Assembly (NCBI RefSeq): GCF_000017305.1
Contig: NC_009664.2
Span: 1,680,001 to 1,712,000, forward strand
Reading direction: 5' to 3'
From: Kineococcus radiotolerans SRS30216 = ATCC BAA-149
Lineage (GTDB): Bacteria > Actinomycetota > Actinomycetes > Actinomycetales > Kineococcaceae
DNA: 32,000 nucleotides
The position numbers were made by a program, and so were the translations under genes. A model generated the notes under the pieces. That model was not told the DNA's origin. It did not search any database and saw only the letters and a program-made list of their open reading frames with translations. Below, piece after piece: positions 10,021-17,900 of this stretch. Positions within the stretch are counted from its first letter, which is position 1. Every line of letters begins with the position of its first letter.

Positions 10021-11379
10021 TCAGCTGCCGGCGCGCTTCAGGGCCGAGTTCGCCTGGGAGACGAACTCCGCGGCCGCGGCCCCGGCCTCGGCGCGACCGA
10101 AGGCGACGTTCTCGGCGGCGGAGGTGAGCAGCTGGCCGATCTGGGAGTCGCCCTGGGCCGGGACCGGCGGGGTGGGTCCGGCGGTGGCGGTGACCCGCTC
10201 GTCGAACTCCAGGACGTACTTGAGCTGCTCGCTGAAGGCGGGGGCGATGGCCGCGCGGACCTCGCTGTTCGGGGGCAGACCGCGCTCGGTGCCCAGGACG
10301 GCCCCGGCCTCGGGGTCGTTGTCGAAGAAGTTGATGACGTCGACGGCGGTGGGGATGTTCTTGCCGCGGGCGTAGGCGGTGAAGTACTGCGAGGGGCGGG
10401 CGTAGGCGCCGGCGGGGTCCCCGGGCAGCGGCACGAGCTGGAGCTGGTGGTCGGTGGCCTTGGCCAGCTCGGTGAGCTGGTTGTCGTAGGAGAAGGTGGC
10501 GACCGTCTGCTTGGTGGCGACGGTGTTCTTGGAGATGTCGCCGGCGTTGGCGGGCTGGCTCACCTCCGCCGGGGAGGCGCCCCCGCTGTCGCGCAGGTCG
10601 CCCCACATGGTGAACCACTCCGTGAGCTCGGTCTCGCCGAAGCCGAGGGCCTGGCCGTCGTAGAGGTTCTTGCCGCCCTGGCGCAGCCAGTACTCCAGCC
10701 AGTTGAGGTTCGCGCTCTCGTCGCGGGTCCCCCACAGGCCGCCGGTGGCCGTGGTGACGCTCGTGGCCCAGGCGGCGAACTCGTCCCAGTCGGCCCAGCC
10801 GCTCTCCGCGGGCAGCAGGTTCAGCGGCTGCAGGACGGTGGCGTCGACGGCCAGGGCCTGGGTGTTGGAGGCCAGCGGCATCGCGTAGAGCTTGCCGTCG
10901 ACCTCGCCGGTGTCGATGAGCTTGGGGTCGATGGCGTCGGTCTTCAGGGTGCCGCCCACCCAGGGGGTGAGGTCGGCGATGACGCTCTTGTTGGCGTACT
11001 CGCGCAGGGCGCGGTTGTCGATCTGGATGATGTCCGGCGCGTTGCGCCCGGCCGCCGAGGTGTTGATCTTGTCGTAGTAGCCGCTGTAGCCCTGCCACTG
11101 CGTCTTGAACGTGACGTTGGGGTGGGCCTTGGTGTAGAGGTCGAGCACCTTCTGGGTGTTCTCGGCGCGCGCCGGGCCGCCCCACCAGGCGACGGTGAGG
11201 ACGACGGGTTCGGTGGTCTCGGGGCCGGCGCCCGCTTCCGCGCCGCCGCCGGCGGCGCTGTCGCTGTTCCCGCCGCACGCGGCGAGGCCGAGCACCGAGG
11301 TGCCGAGGGCGCCGGCGAGGAAGGAGCGGCGCGCGGGGACGGCGAGGCGGGCCGGGGTGCGTCCGGTGGGGGTGGTCAT
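10021..11379 (-). CDS. ABC transporter substrate-binding lipoprotein (family-1 extracellular solute-binding protein)
   Basis: Twin-arginine-like signal ARRSFLAGALGTSVLGLAAC with lipobox Cys, followed by a Gly/Ala/Ser linker. 452 aa. ATG 11379 is preceded by GAAGGAG. Confidence 0.9.
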   Translation of the reverse strand: MTTPTGRTPARLAVPARRSFLAGALGTSVLGLAACGGNSDSAAGGGAEAGAGPETTEPVVLTVAWWGGPARAENTQKVLDLYTKAHPNVTFKTQWQGYSGYYDKINTSAAGRNAPDIIQIDNRALREYANKSVIADLTPWVGGTLKTDAIDPKLIDTGEVDGKLYAMPLASNTQALAVDATVLQPLNLLPAESGWADWDEFAAWATSVTTATGGLWGTRDESANLNWLEYWLRQGGKNLYDGQALGFGETELTEWFTMWGDLRDSGGASPAEVSQPANAGDISKNTVATKQTVATFSYDNQLTELAKATDHQLQLVPLPGDPAGAYARPSQYFTAYARGKNIPTAVDVINFFDNDPEAGAVLGTERGLPPNSEVRAAIAPAFSEQLKYVLEFDERVTATAGPTPPVPAQGDSQIGQLLTSAAENVAFGRAEAGAAAAEFVSQANSALKRAGS

Positions 11380-11493
11380 CGTGATCTCCTTCGATCGGTG
11401 ACGGGCCCGGCGGCGGCGGCGCTGCGTTCCCGGTGACTGGCCCCATTGCGGCACAGCCGGGCGTGCTCGTCAAGCGCTTTCCAGCAAGTTCCC

Positions 11494-11506
11494 ACAAAGG
11501 TTTTCA
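11494..11506. promoter_or_regulatory. LacI-type operator-like element, copy 1 (ACAAAGGTTTTCA)
   Basis: Imperfect palindrome in the 270-bp divergent intergenic region, 115 nt upstream of the binding-protein ATG. It shares the core CAAAGGTTT(T/G)CA with the sites at 11592 and 22072. Confidence 0.5.
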
Positions 11507-11591
11507 GTCTGTGACCACCGCGTCCCGTTCTCCGCGCGCCGACGCGCGCCCGGTGCTTGACAGGCCCCGCCGGGAGGGTGCTGACTGATCC

Positions 11592-11604
11592 GCAAAGGTT
11601 TGCA
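11592..11604. promoter_or_regulatory. LacI-type operator-like element, copy 2 (GCAAAGGTTTGCA)
   Basis: Arms GCAAA/TTTGC are perfectly symmetric around a GG centre. It lies 46 nt upstream of ATG 11650 and ~30 nt downstream of a TTGACA hexamer (11557-11562). Confidence 0.55.
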
Positions 11605-11649
11605 GAGGCGCTCCGGCGGCCCGCACCCCCGACTCGCGGAGGAGTCCCC

Positions 11650-13008
11650 ATGACCGTCCCCACGGCGTCCGACCCGGCCCCCGCCCGCACCCGCTACGCC
11701 GTCGTCGGCCTCGGCGGGCGGGCCCAGATGTACGTGCGCGCCCTGGCGCGCACCCACGCCGACCGCAGCGAGCTCGTGGCGTTCTGCGACGTCAACCAGA
11801 CGCGCATGGACGCCCACAACAAGGCGCTGCGCGACGACCACGACCACGACCCCGTCCCCACCTACGCGGCGGCGGACTTCACCACGATGCTCGCCGAGCA
11901 GCGGGTCGACGCGGTCGTCGTCACGACGGTGGACAGCACCCACGACCACTACATCGTCGCCGCGCTGCAGGCGGGGTGCGACGTCGTCACCGAGAAGCCC
12001 ATGACGATCGACGCGGAGCGCTGCCGGCGCATCCTCGACGCCCAGGAGGCCTCCGGGCGCAAGGTCACCGTCACCTTCAACTACCGCTACAACCCCGCCC
12101 ACGCCAAGGTCCGCGAGGTCATCGCCTCCGGGGCGATCGGCGAGGTCGGCTCCGTCCACTTCGAGTGGCTGCTCGACACCCGCCACGGGGCCGACTACTT
12201 CCGGCGCTGGCACCGCGACAAGGCCAACTCCGGCGGGCTCATGGTCCACAAGGCCACCCACCACTTCGACCTCGTCAACTGGTGGATCGCCTCCTCCCCC
12301 GAGACGGTCTTCGGCCTGGGCCGGCTGTTCTTCTACGGCGACGAGAACGGCGCCCGGCGCGGCCTGGCCCGCGACTACGACCGCGCGCACGGCGCCCCCG
12401 CCGCGGCCGAGGACCCCTTCGCGCTGCAGCTGGACTCCTCCCCCAACCTCACGGCGCTCTACCTCGACGCCGAGCACGAGGACGGCTACCACCGCGACCA
12501 GAACGTCTTCGCCCCCGGCGTGACCATCGAGGACGACATGTGCGTGGCCGTCCGCTACCGCAGCGGCGCGACGATGAGCTACCACCTCACCGCCTACTCC
12601 CCCTGGGAGGGCTACCGCGTGGTCTTCAACGGCAGCGGGGGCCGCCTGGAGCTGGACGTCGTCGAGAACGCGTTCGTCGACCCGGTCACCGCCGGCCGCG
12701 CCCCCGGCGAGGCGCTGCACGGCGTCGACGGACCCGACGCCGACTCCGGCGCGGGGACCCGTCTGGTCCTGCGCCGGCTGTGGGAGCGGCCCGTGGAGCT
12801 GGAGCTGCCCGACACCACCGGCGCCGGGCACGGCGGCGGTGACGACCGCATGCTCGCCGACATCTTCGGCGCCCCCGCGGGGCCGGACCCGCTGGGCCGG
12901 GCCTCCACCCAGCTCGACGGGGCGCGGTCCCTGCTCACCGGCCTGGCCGCCAACCGGTCCTTCGAGACCGGGCTGCCCGTGCGCGCGGACGACGTCCTGG
13001 CCCTCTGA
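11650..13008 (+). CDS. Gfo/Idh/MocA family oxidoreductase (long, ~450-aa form)
   Basis: RYAVVGLGGRAQMY Rossmann start plus CDVVTEKPM (EKP motif). ATG 11650 is preceded by GGAGGAG. The track start at TTG 11557 would read through the operator and promoter region. Confidence 0.85.
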   Translation: MTVPTASDPAPARTRYAVVGLGGRAQMYVRALARTHADRSELVAFCDVNQTRMDAHNKALRDDHDHDPVPTYAAADFTTMLAEQRVDAVVVTTVDSTHDHYIVAALQAGCDVVTEKPMTIDAERCRRILDAQEASGRKVTVTFNYRYNPAHAKVREVIASGAIGEVGSVHFEWLLDTRHGADYFRRWHRDKANSGGLMVHKATHHFDLVNWWIASSPETVFGLGRLFFYGDENGARRGLARDYDRAHGAPAAAEDPFALQLDSSPNLTALYLDAEHEDGYHRDQNVFAPGVTIEDDMCVAVRYRSGATMSYHLTAYSPWEGYRVVFNGSGGRLELDVVENAFVDPVTAGRAPGEALHGVDGPDADSGAGTRLVLRRLWERPVELELPDTTGAGHGGGDDRMLADIFGAPAGPDPLGRASTQLDGARSLLTGLAANRSFETGLPVRADDVLAL

Positions 13009-13053
13009 GCGGCCACCGCCCCCACCCCACCCGCGAACCCCCGGAGAACCCCC

Positions 13054-14475
13054 GTGCGCCCCCTCACCCTCGACGACGACCGCCTCCTGCCCACCGAACC
13101 GGGGGTGCGCGCGCTGGCCCGGGAGGTCTACGGCCACGTCCGGGACCTGCCGATCATCAGCATGCACGGCCACGTCGAGGCGCAGGTCCTGGCCGAGGAC
13201 GAGCCGTTCGACGACCCGGCCCGGATGCTCGTCGTCCCCGACCACTACGTGACCCGCATGCTCGTCTCCCAGGGCACCCGCCCCGAGGACCTCGGCGTGC
13301 CCCGCACCGACGGCGGGCCCGTCGAGCAGGACGGGCGGGAGATCTGGCGCCGCTTCTGCGCGGGCTGGCACCTGTTCCGCGGCACCCCCAGCCGGTACTG
13401 GCTGGAGCACGAGCTGCACGAGGTGTTCGGGGTGCGCGTGCACCCCTCCCCCGAGACCGCGGACGAGATCTACGACCAGCTCGCCGAGCGCATCGCGAGC
13501 CCCGAGTTCCGGCCCCGGGCGCTCTTCGACGCCTTCGGGGTGGAGCTGCTGGCCACGACCGACGCTCCCACCAGCCGGCTGGAGCACCACGCCGCCATCG
13601 CCGCCTCGGGCTGGTCGGGCACCGTCGTGCCCACCTTCCGCCCCGACGCCCTCGTCCACCTGGGCCGCCCGGGCTGGAAGCGGGACGTGGAGGAGCTCGC
13701 GGAGGTCTCCGGCGAGGACACCGGCGACTACGCCGGGTTCCTCGCCGCGCTGCGGCAGCGGCGCGCGCACTTCGCGGCGATGGGCGCGCGGGCCACCGAC
13801 CACGGCCACCTCACCGCGGACTCCGCCCCGCTGGAGCGCGCCGACGCCGAGCGCGTCTACGCCGCCGCCCGCGCGGGGGCGGTGGGCCCGGCCGACGCGT
13901 CGGCGTTCGCGGCCCACATGCTCTTCGAGATGGCCCGCATGAGCCGCGACGACGGCCTGGTCATGCAGATCCACCCGGGGGTGCTGCGCGACCACGACCC
14001 GGCGGTCCACGAGCGGTTCGGCTCCGACAAGGGTTTCGACATCCCGATCGCCGTCGACTTCGTCCACGGCCTGCGCCCGCTGCTGTCGGAGTTCGGGTCC
14101 GACCCGGCGTTCCGCTGCGTCCTGTTCACCATCGACGAGACGACGTTCTCGCGCGAGCTCGCCCCGCTCGCCGGGGCCTACCCCTCGGTGCGCCTGGGGG
14201 CGCCGTGGTGGTTCCTGGACTCCCCCCTGGCCATGCGCCGCTTCCGCGAGGCCGTCACCGAGACGGCCGGGTTCTACAACACCTCCGGCTTCGTCGACGA
14301 CACCCGCGCCTTCGCCTCGATCCCGGCCCGCCACGACGTGTCGCGCCGCGTCGACAGCGGGTTCCTCGCCACCCTCGTCGCCTCCGGGCAGCTCTCGCTG
14401 GAGGAGGCCGTGGAGACCGCCGTGGACCTCACCACCACCGTCCCCCGCACCGCGTACGCCCCCCGCGGCGCCTGA
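13054..14475 (+). CDS. uxaC: Glucuronate/galacturonate (uronate) isomerase
   Basis: Collinear by eye with E. coli UxaC: DLPIISMHGHV, PDHYVTRML, ATTDAPTSRLEHHAAIA, FRPDAL, GAPWWFLDSP, FVDDTRAF. GTG 13054 is preceded by GGAGAA. Confidence 0.93.
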   Translation: MRPLTLDDDRLLPTEPGVRALAREVYGHVRDLPIISMHGHVEAQVLAEDEPFDDPARMLVVPDHYVTRMLVSQGTRPEDLGVPRTDGGPVEQDGREIWRRFCAGWHLFRGTPSRYWLEHELHEVFGVRVHPSPETADEIYDQLAERIASPEFRPRALFDAFGVELLATTDAPTSRLEHHAAIAASGWSGTVVPTFRPDALVHLGRPGWKRDVEELAEVSGEDTGDYAGFLAALRQRRAHFAAMGARATDHGHLTADSAPLERADAERVYAAARAGAVGPADASAFAAHMLFEMARMSRDDGLVMQIHPGVLRDHDPAVHERFGSDKGFDIPIAVDFVHGLRPLLSEFGSDPAFRCVLFTIDETTFSRELAPLAGAYPSVRLGAPWWFLDSPLAMRRFREAVTETAGFYNTSGFVDDTRAFASIPARHDVSRRVDSGFLATLVASGQLSLEEAVETAVDLTTTVPRTAYAPRGA

Positions 14476-14507
14476 TCCCCCGGCCCCACCAGCACAGGAG
14501 CGAGCAC

Positions 14508-15683
14508 GTGATCAGAGTCGCCGTCGTCGGCACCGGGGGCATCTCCGCCTCCCACCTGCAGGCCTACCTCGACTTCCCGCAGCGCTGCACCGTCGTCGCC
14601 CTCGTCGACGTCTTCCCCGAGCGGGCGCAGGCCCGCCGTCGGGAGTTCGGCCTGGAGGGGGCGGGGGTGCACACCTCGCACCGGGAGCTGCTCGAGCGCG
14701 GGGACGTCGACCTCGTCAGCGTCTGCAGCCCGCCCTCCACCCACGAGGAGGTGAGCGTCGACCTCCTGCGCGCGGGCGTCAACGTGCTCTGCGAGAAGCC
14801 CATGGCCCCCTCCCTCGCCGCGTGCGACGCGATCCTGCGCGCCGAGCGCGAGGGCGGCGCGGTGTTCTCCTCGGTGGCGCAGAACCGGTTCCGTGACGAC
14901 GTGGTGCGGTTGAAGGCGGCCCTGGACTCCGGCCTGGCCGGTCCCGTCTCGCACGTCCAGGTGGACTCCGCCTGGTGGCGGGGCCTGGGCTACTACGACC
15001 TGTGGTGGCGCGGCACCTGGGCGGAGGAGGGCGGCGGCTGCACCCTCAACCACGCCGTGCACCACGTCGACCTGCTGCTGTGGCTGCTGGGCGCCCCGCG
15101 GTCGGTGACGGCCGCGCTCACCAACGCCGCGCACGAGAACGCCGAGGTCGAGGACCTCTCGGTCGCGGTCCTGGCCTACGAGCGGGCGCTGGCGACGATC
15201 ACCAGTTCCGTCGTCTCCCACGGCGAGCGGCAGCGCATCGTCGTGCAGGGCCGCCGCGCGAGCGTGGCCCTGGACGGCGAGGTCGTCGCCGAGCTCGCCC
15301 AGCCCAACGGGTTCCCCGCCCCGGAGGGCGACACCGAGCTCGCCGGGCGGTTGCGGGCGCTGGCCGCGGCGCACCGCCCGCTGGCCCACACCGGTCACCG
15401 GGGACAGGTCGACGACGTCCTGACCGCCCTGGAGACCGGCTGCCGCCCCGCCGTCGACGGCCACGACGGCCGCCGCACCATCGAGCTGATCACCGCGATC
15501 TACCGGGCGGGCATCGAGCGCCGCACCGTCGACCTCCCGCTGAGCGGCGACGACCCGTACGCGCGGCCCGGGACGCTGGCCGAGCGGGCCCCGCGGTTCT
15601 TCGCCAAGTCCGCCTCCGTCACCGACCTCGCGGGGTCGATCAGCGTGCCGGGCTCGGGCGCGGGGATCGGGGCCGGCCGGTGA
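14508..15683 (+). CDS. Gfo/Idh/MocA family oxidoreductase
   Basis: IRVAVVGTGGISASH plus VNVLCEKPM. 391 aa. GTG 14508 is preceded by ACAGGAG. Everything upstream in track ORF 14205..15683 overlaps uxaC out of frame. Confidence 0.88.
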   Translation: MIRVAVVGTGGISASHLQAYLDFPQRCTVVALVDVFPERAQARRREFGLEGAGVHTSHRELLERGDVDLVSVCSPPSTHEEVSVDLLRAGVNVLCEKPMAPSLAACDAILRAEREGGAVFSSVAQNRFRDDVVRLKAALDSGLAGPVSHVQVDSAWWRGLGYYDLWWRGTWAEEGGGCTLNHAVHHVDLLLWLLGAPRSVTAALTNAAHENAEVEDLSVAVLAYERALATITSSVVSHGERQRIVVQGRRASVALDGEVVAELAQPNGFPAPEGDTELAGRLRALAAAHRPLAHTGHRGQVDDVLTALETGCRPAVDGHDGRRTIELITAIYRAGIERRTVDLPLSGDDPYARPGTLAERAPRFFAKSASVTDLAGSISVPGSGAGIGAGR

Positions 15684-16768
15684 GCGCCGACGGCGGCACC
15701 TACGCCCCCGCCCCCCGGCCCGCGCCCGTCGTCGAGGCCGGGGAGTTCGTCGTCGCGGCGATCGGCCTGGAGCACGGTCACGCGTACGGCATGTGCGAAG
15801 GCCTCATTGGGGCCGGCGCCACCCTGAAGTGGGTGCACGACCCCGACCCGGTGAAGGTGGAGCGGTTCCGCGAGCGCTTCCCGCAGGTGCGGGTCGCGCG
15901 CTCGGAGGAGGAGGTCCTGGCCGACCCGGAGGTGCGGCTGGTGGCGGGGGCGGCGATCCCGGCGCAGCGGTGCGCGCTCGGCCTGCGGGTGATGGCGGCG
16001 GGCAAGGACTACTTCAGCGACAAGGCGCCCCTGACCACGCTCGAGCAGCTCGCCGCCGCGCGGGAGGCGGTGGCGCGCACCGGGTGCAAGTACGCCGTCT
16101 ACTACTCCGAGCGGGTCCACGTGGAGACGGCGGTGTTCGCCGGGCAGCTCATCGAGCAGGGGGCCATCGGGAAGGTGCTGCAGGTCGTGGGACTCGGCCC
16201 GCACCGGCTCAGCGCCCCCACCCGCCCGGGGTGGTTCTTCGACCGCGAGCAGCACGGCGGCATCCTCATCGACATCGGCAGCCACAACGTCGACCAGATC
16301 CTGCACTACACCGGCGCCGCCGGCGCCCGGGTCGTCAACAGCCAGATCGCGAACTACGCGCACCCGGAGCACCCGGGTTTCGACGACTTCGGCGACGCGA
16401 ACCTGGTGACCGACACCGGGGCCACCGGGTACTTCCGCTGCGACTGGTTCACCCCCGACGGCCTGCAGACCTGGGGGGACGGCCGCTCGTTCGTCCTGGG
16501 CACCGAGGGGTTCATCGAGCAGCGCAAGTACGCGAACATCGGCACCCAGGACGGCCCCGGGCACCTGTTCCTGGTCAACGGGCAGGGCGAGCAGCACTTC
16601 CACCTCGACGGGGAGGTGGGGTACCCGTTCTTCGGCCAGCTCGTGCTGGACTGCCTGCAGCGCACCGAGACGGCGATGACCCAGGAGCACGCGTTCACGG
16701 CGGTGGAGCTCGCGATCCGCGCGCAGCTGGAGGCGGCGGACCTCTCGCCGGTCCCCCGGCCGCGGTGA
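15680..16768 (+). CDS. Gfo/Idh/MocA-like oxidoreductase (atypical N-terminal motif)
   Basis: 362 aa with family-like C-terminal domain blocks (GGILIDIGSHNVDQI). The N-terminus reads VVAAIGLEHGHAYG and the EKP position reads YFSDKAP. GTG 15680 overlaps the upstream stop (GTGA). Confidence 0.78.
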   Translation: MSADGGTYAPAPRPAPVVEAGEFVVAAIGLEHGHAYGMCEGLIGAGATLKWVHDPDPVKVERFRERFPQVRVARSEEEVLADPEVRLVAGAAIPAQRCALGLRVMAAGKDYFSDKAPLTTLEQLAAAREAVARTGCKYAVYYSERVHVETAVFAGQLIEQGAIGKVLQVVGLGPHRLSAPTRPGWFFDREQHGGILIDIGSHNVDQILHYTGAAGARVVNSQIANYAHPEHPGFDDFGDANLVTDTGATGYFRCDWFTPDGLQTWGDGRSFVLGTEGFIEQRKYANIGTQDGPGHLFLVNGQGEQHFHLDGEVGYPFFGQLVLDCLQRTETAMTQEHAFTAVELAIRAQLEAADLSPVPRPR

Positions 16769-16771
16769 GGC

Positions 16772-16803
16772 CGCGGCGCCGGTGGCCCCCCACCGGCGCC
16801 GCG
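16772..16803. terminator. Bidirectional stem-loop between convergent operon ends
   Basis: 14-bp perfect stem CGCGGCGCCGGTGG / CCACCGGCGCCGCG with loop CCCC. It fills the 35-nt gap between the stop at 16766-16768 (+) and the stop at 16804-16806 (-). Confidence 0.6.
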
Positions 16804-17898
16804 TCAGCCCGTCAGGTGCTGCTCCAGGAACGCCCACGCCCGGTCCTGCATCGCGACGTCGAAGCGGTGGCCGCCGGGGTGCTGCTCCCCGCGGTAGGTG
16901 CCGGTGGCCGCGTGCCGGGCCAGGAGGCGCTCGTGGGCGGCGCGCATCCCCCCGGGCGGGAACAGCGGGTCGTCCACCGCGTACTGCACGAGCAGCGGGC
17001 GCCGCGCGGTGAGGTCGGGCAGGTCGGCGAAGCGGGCCAGCCCGGGCGAGTGCAGCAGCCACGAGTGGGTGTCCAGGTACCGGCCCACCAGCGCGTCCGT
17101 CGTGGAGAGCATGCAGGCGACGACGTGGGCGCGGACGCGTTCGTCCAGGGCCGCCAGCAGCAGCGCGCGCCCACCGCCGCCGGAGAACCCGAAGGCCCCC
17201 AGCCGGTGCGGGTCGGTCCCGGGCCGGGCGGCGAGGACGTCGAGGGCCACCAGGTCCTCGTGGAGGACCGCCCCCGTGAACGTCGTGCCCAGCACGCCGG
17301 CCGCCTTGGCGAGGGTCTCCTCGTGCAGCTGGGCGTGCGCGTCGTAGCGCTGCGCCGGGCCGTCCTCGACGCCGCGCGCCGCCCGGTCCGCCGCCAGGGC
17401 CGCGAGCCAGGGCGCCCACTTCGGGGAGGGCCGCGTCAGCGGGAACCGGCGGCTGCCCCAGGAGAACGCGTCGTGGACCAGGACGGCGAAACCGCGCCGG
17501 GCCAGGGCGTTGGCCGCGGCGCGCCCGCCGTAGCCGGGGAAGCGGGGCGCGGCGTCGGGCGGGGGCGTGCCGTCGTCGACGAGCTTGGCGGCGCCGGTCC
17601 ACTTCACCCCGCCGTGGCAGTGCAGGCCGAGCACCCCCGGCAGGACCCCGTCCGCGCCCGCGGGACGCAGCAGGAAGGCCCGGGTCCGCGGGCCGAAGCC
17701 GACGTCCCAGGACAGCGCGCTGACCTCGACGTCGCCGACCCGGCGCGATCCCTCCTCGTGCACCCGCGGCGGCGGGGGCCGGCGGGGCAGCCCCAGCACC
17801 GCGGCCAGGTCGGGCGGGCCGCTGCGCGCGGGCAGTTCCCGGCCCAGGAAGGCGGGCCAGTCCTCGAAACCCTCCAGCGCGTCGGCGGGGTCCTCCAC
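16804..17898 (-). CDS. Alpha/beta hydrolase, esterase-like (acetylxylan esterase / dienelactone hydrolase type)
   Basis: Nucleophile elbow GAFGFSGGG, with candidate acid and base residues later in the protein (VDDPLFP, HPGGHRF). Start placed at GTG 17898, 2 nt after the upstream stop; the start is uncertain. The rest of track ORF 16804..18741 is out-of-frame shadow. Confidence 0.72.
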   Translation of the reverse strand: MEDPADALEGFEDWPAFLGRELPARSGPPDLAAVLGLPRRPPPPRVHEEGSRRVGDVEVSALSWDVGFGPRTRAFLLRPAGADGVLPGVLGLHCHGGVKWTGAAKLVDDGTPPPDAAPRFPGYGGRAAANALARRGFAVLVHDAFSWGSRRFPLTRPSPKWAPWLAALAADRAARGVEDGPAQRYDAHAQLHEETLAKAAGVLGTTFTGAVLHEDLVALDVLAARPGTDPHRLGAFGFSGGGGRALLLAALDERVRAHVVACMLSTTDALVGRYLDTHSWLLHSPGLARFADLPDLTARRPLLVQYAVDDPLFPPGGMRAAHERLLARHAATGTYRGEQHPGGHRFDVAMQDRAWAFLEQHLTG

Positions 17899-17900
17899 CC

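Noticed and set aside
11557-11649. TTG 11557 as the start of the long oxidoreductase, and TTGACA 11557-11562 as a firm -35 element
   Set aside because: The extension would translate through the operator-like palindrome, and the ATG at 11650 has a perfect GGAGGAG upstream. TTGACA may be a -35 element, but no acceptable -10 (TAnnnT-like) lies 16-19 nt downstream, so I did not call a promoter.
11470-14334. 954-aa minus-strand ORF across the oxidoreductase and uxaC genes
   Set aside because: The product is Gly/Arg/Ala/Val/Pro-rich with no recognisable domain. The opposite strand encodes UxaC and a Gfo/Idh/MocA protein with clear motifs, good ribosome-binding sites and high GC3.
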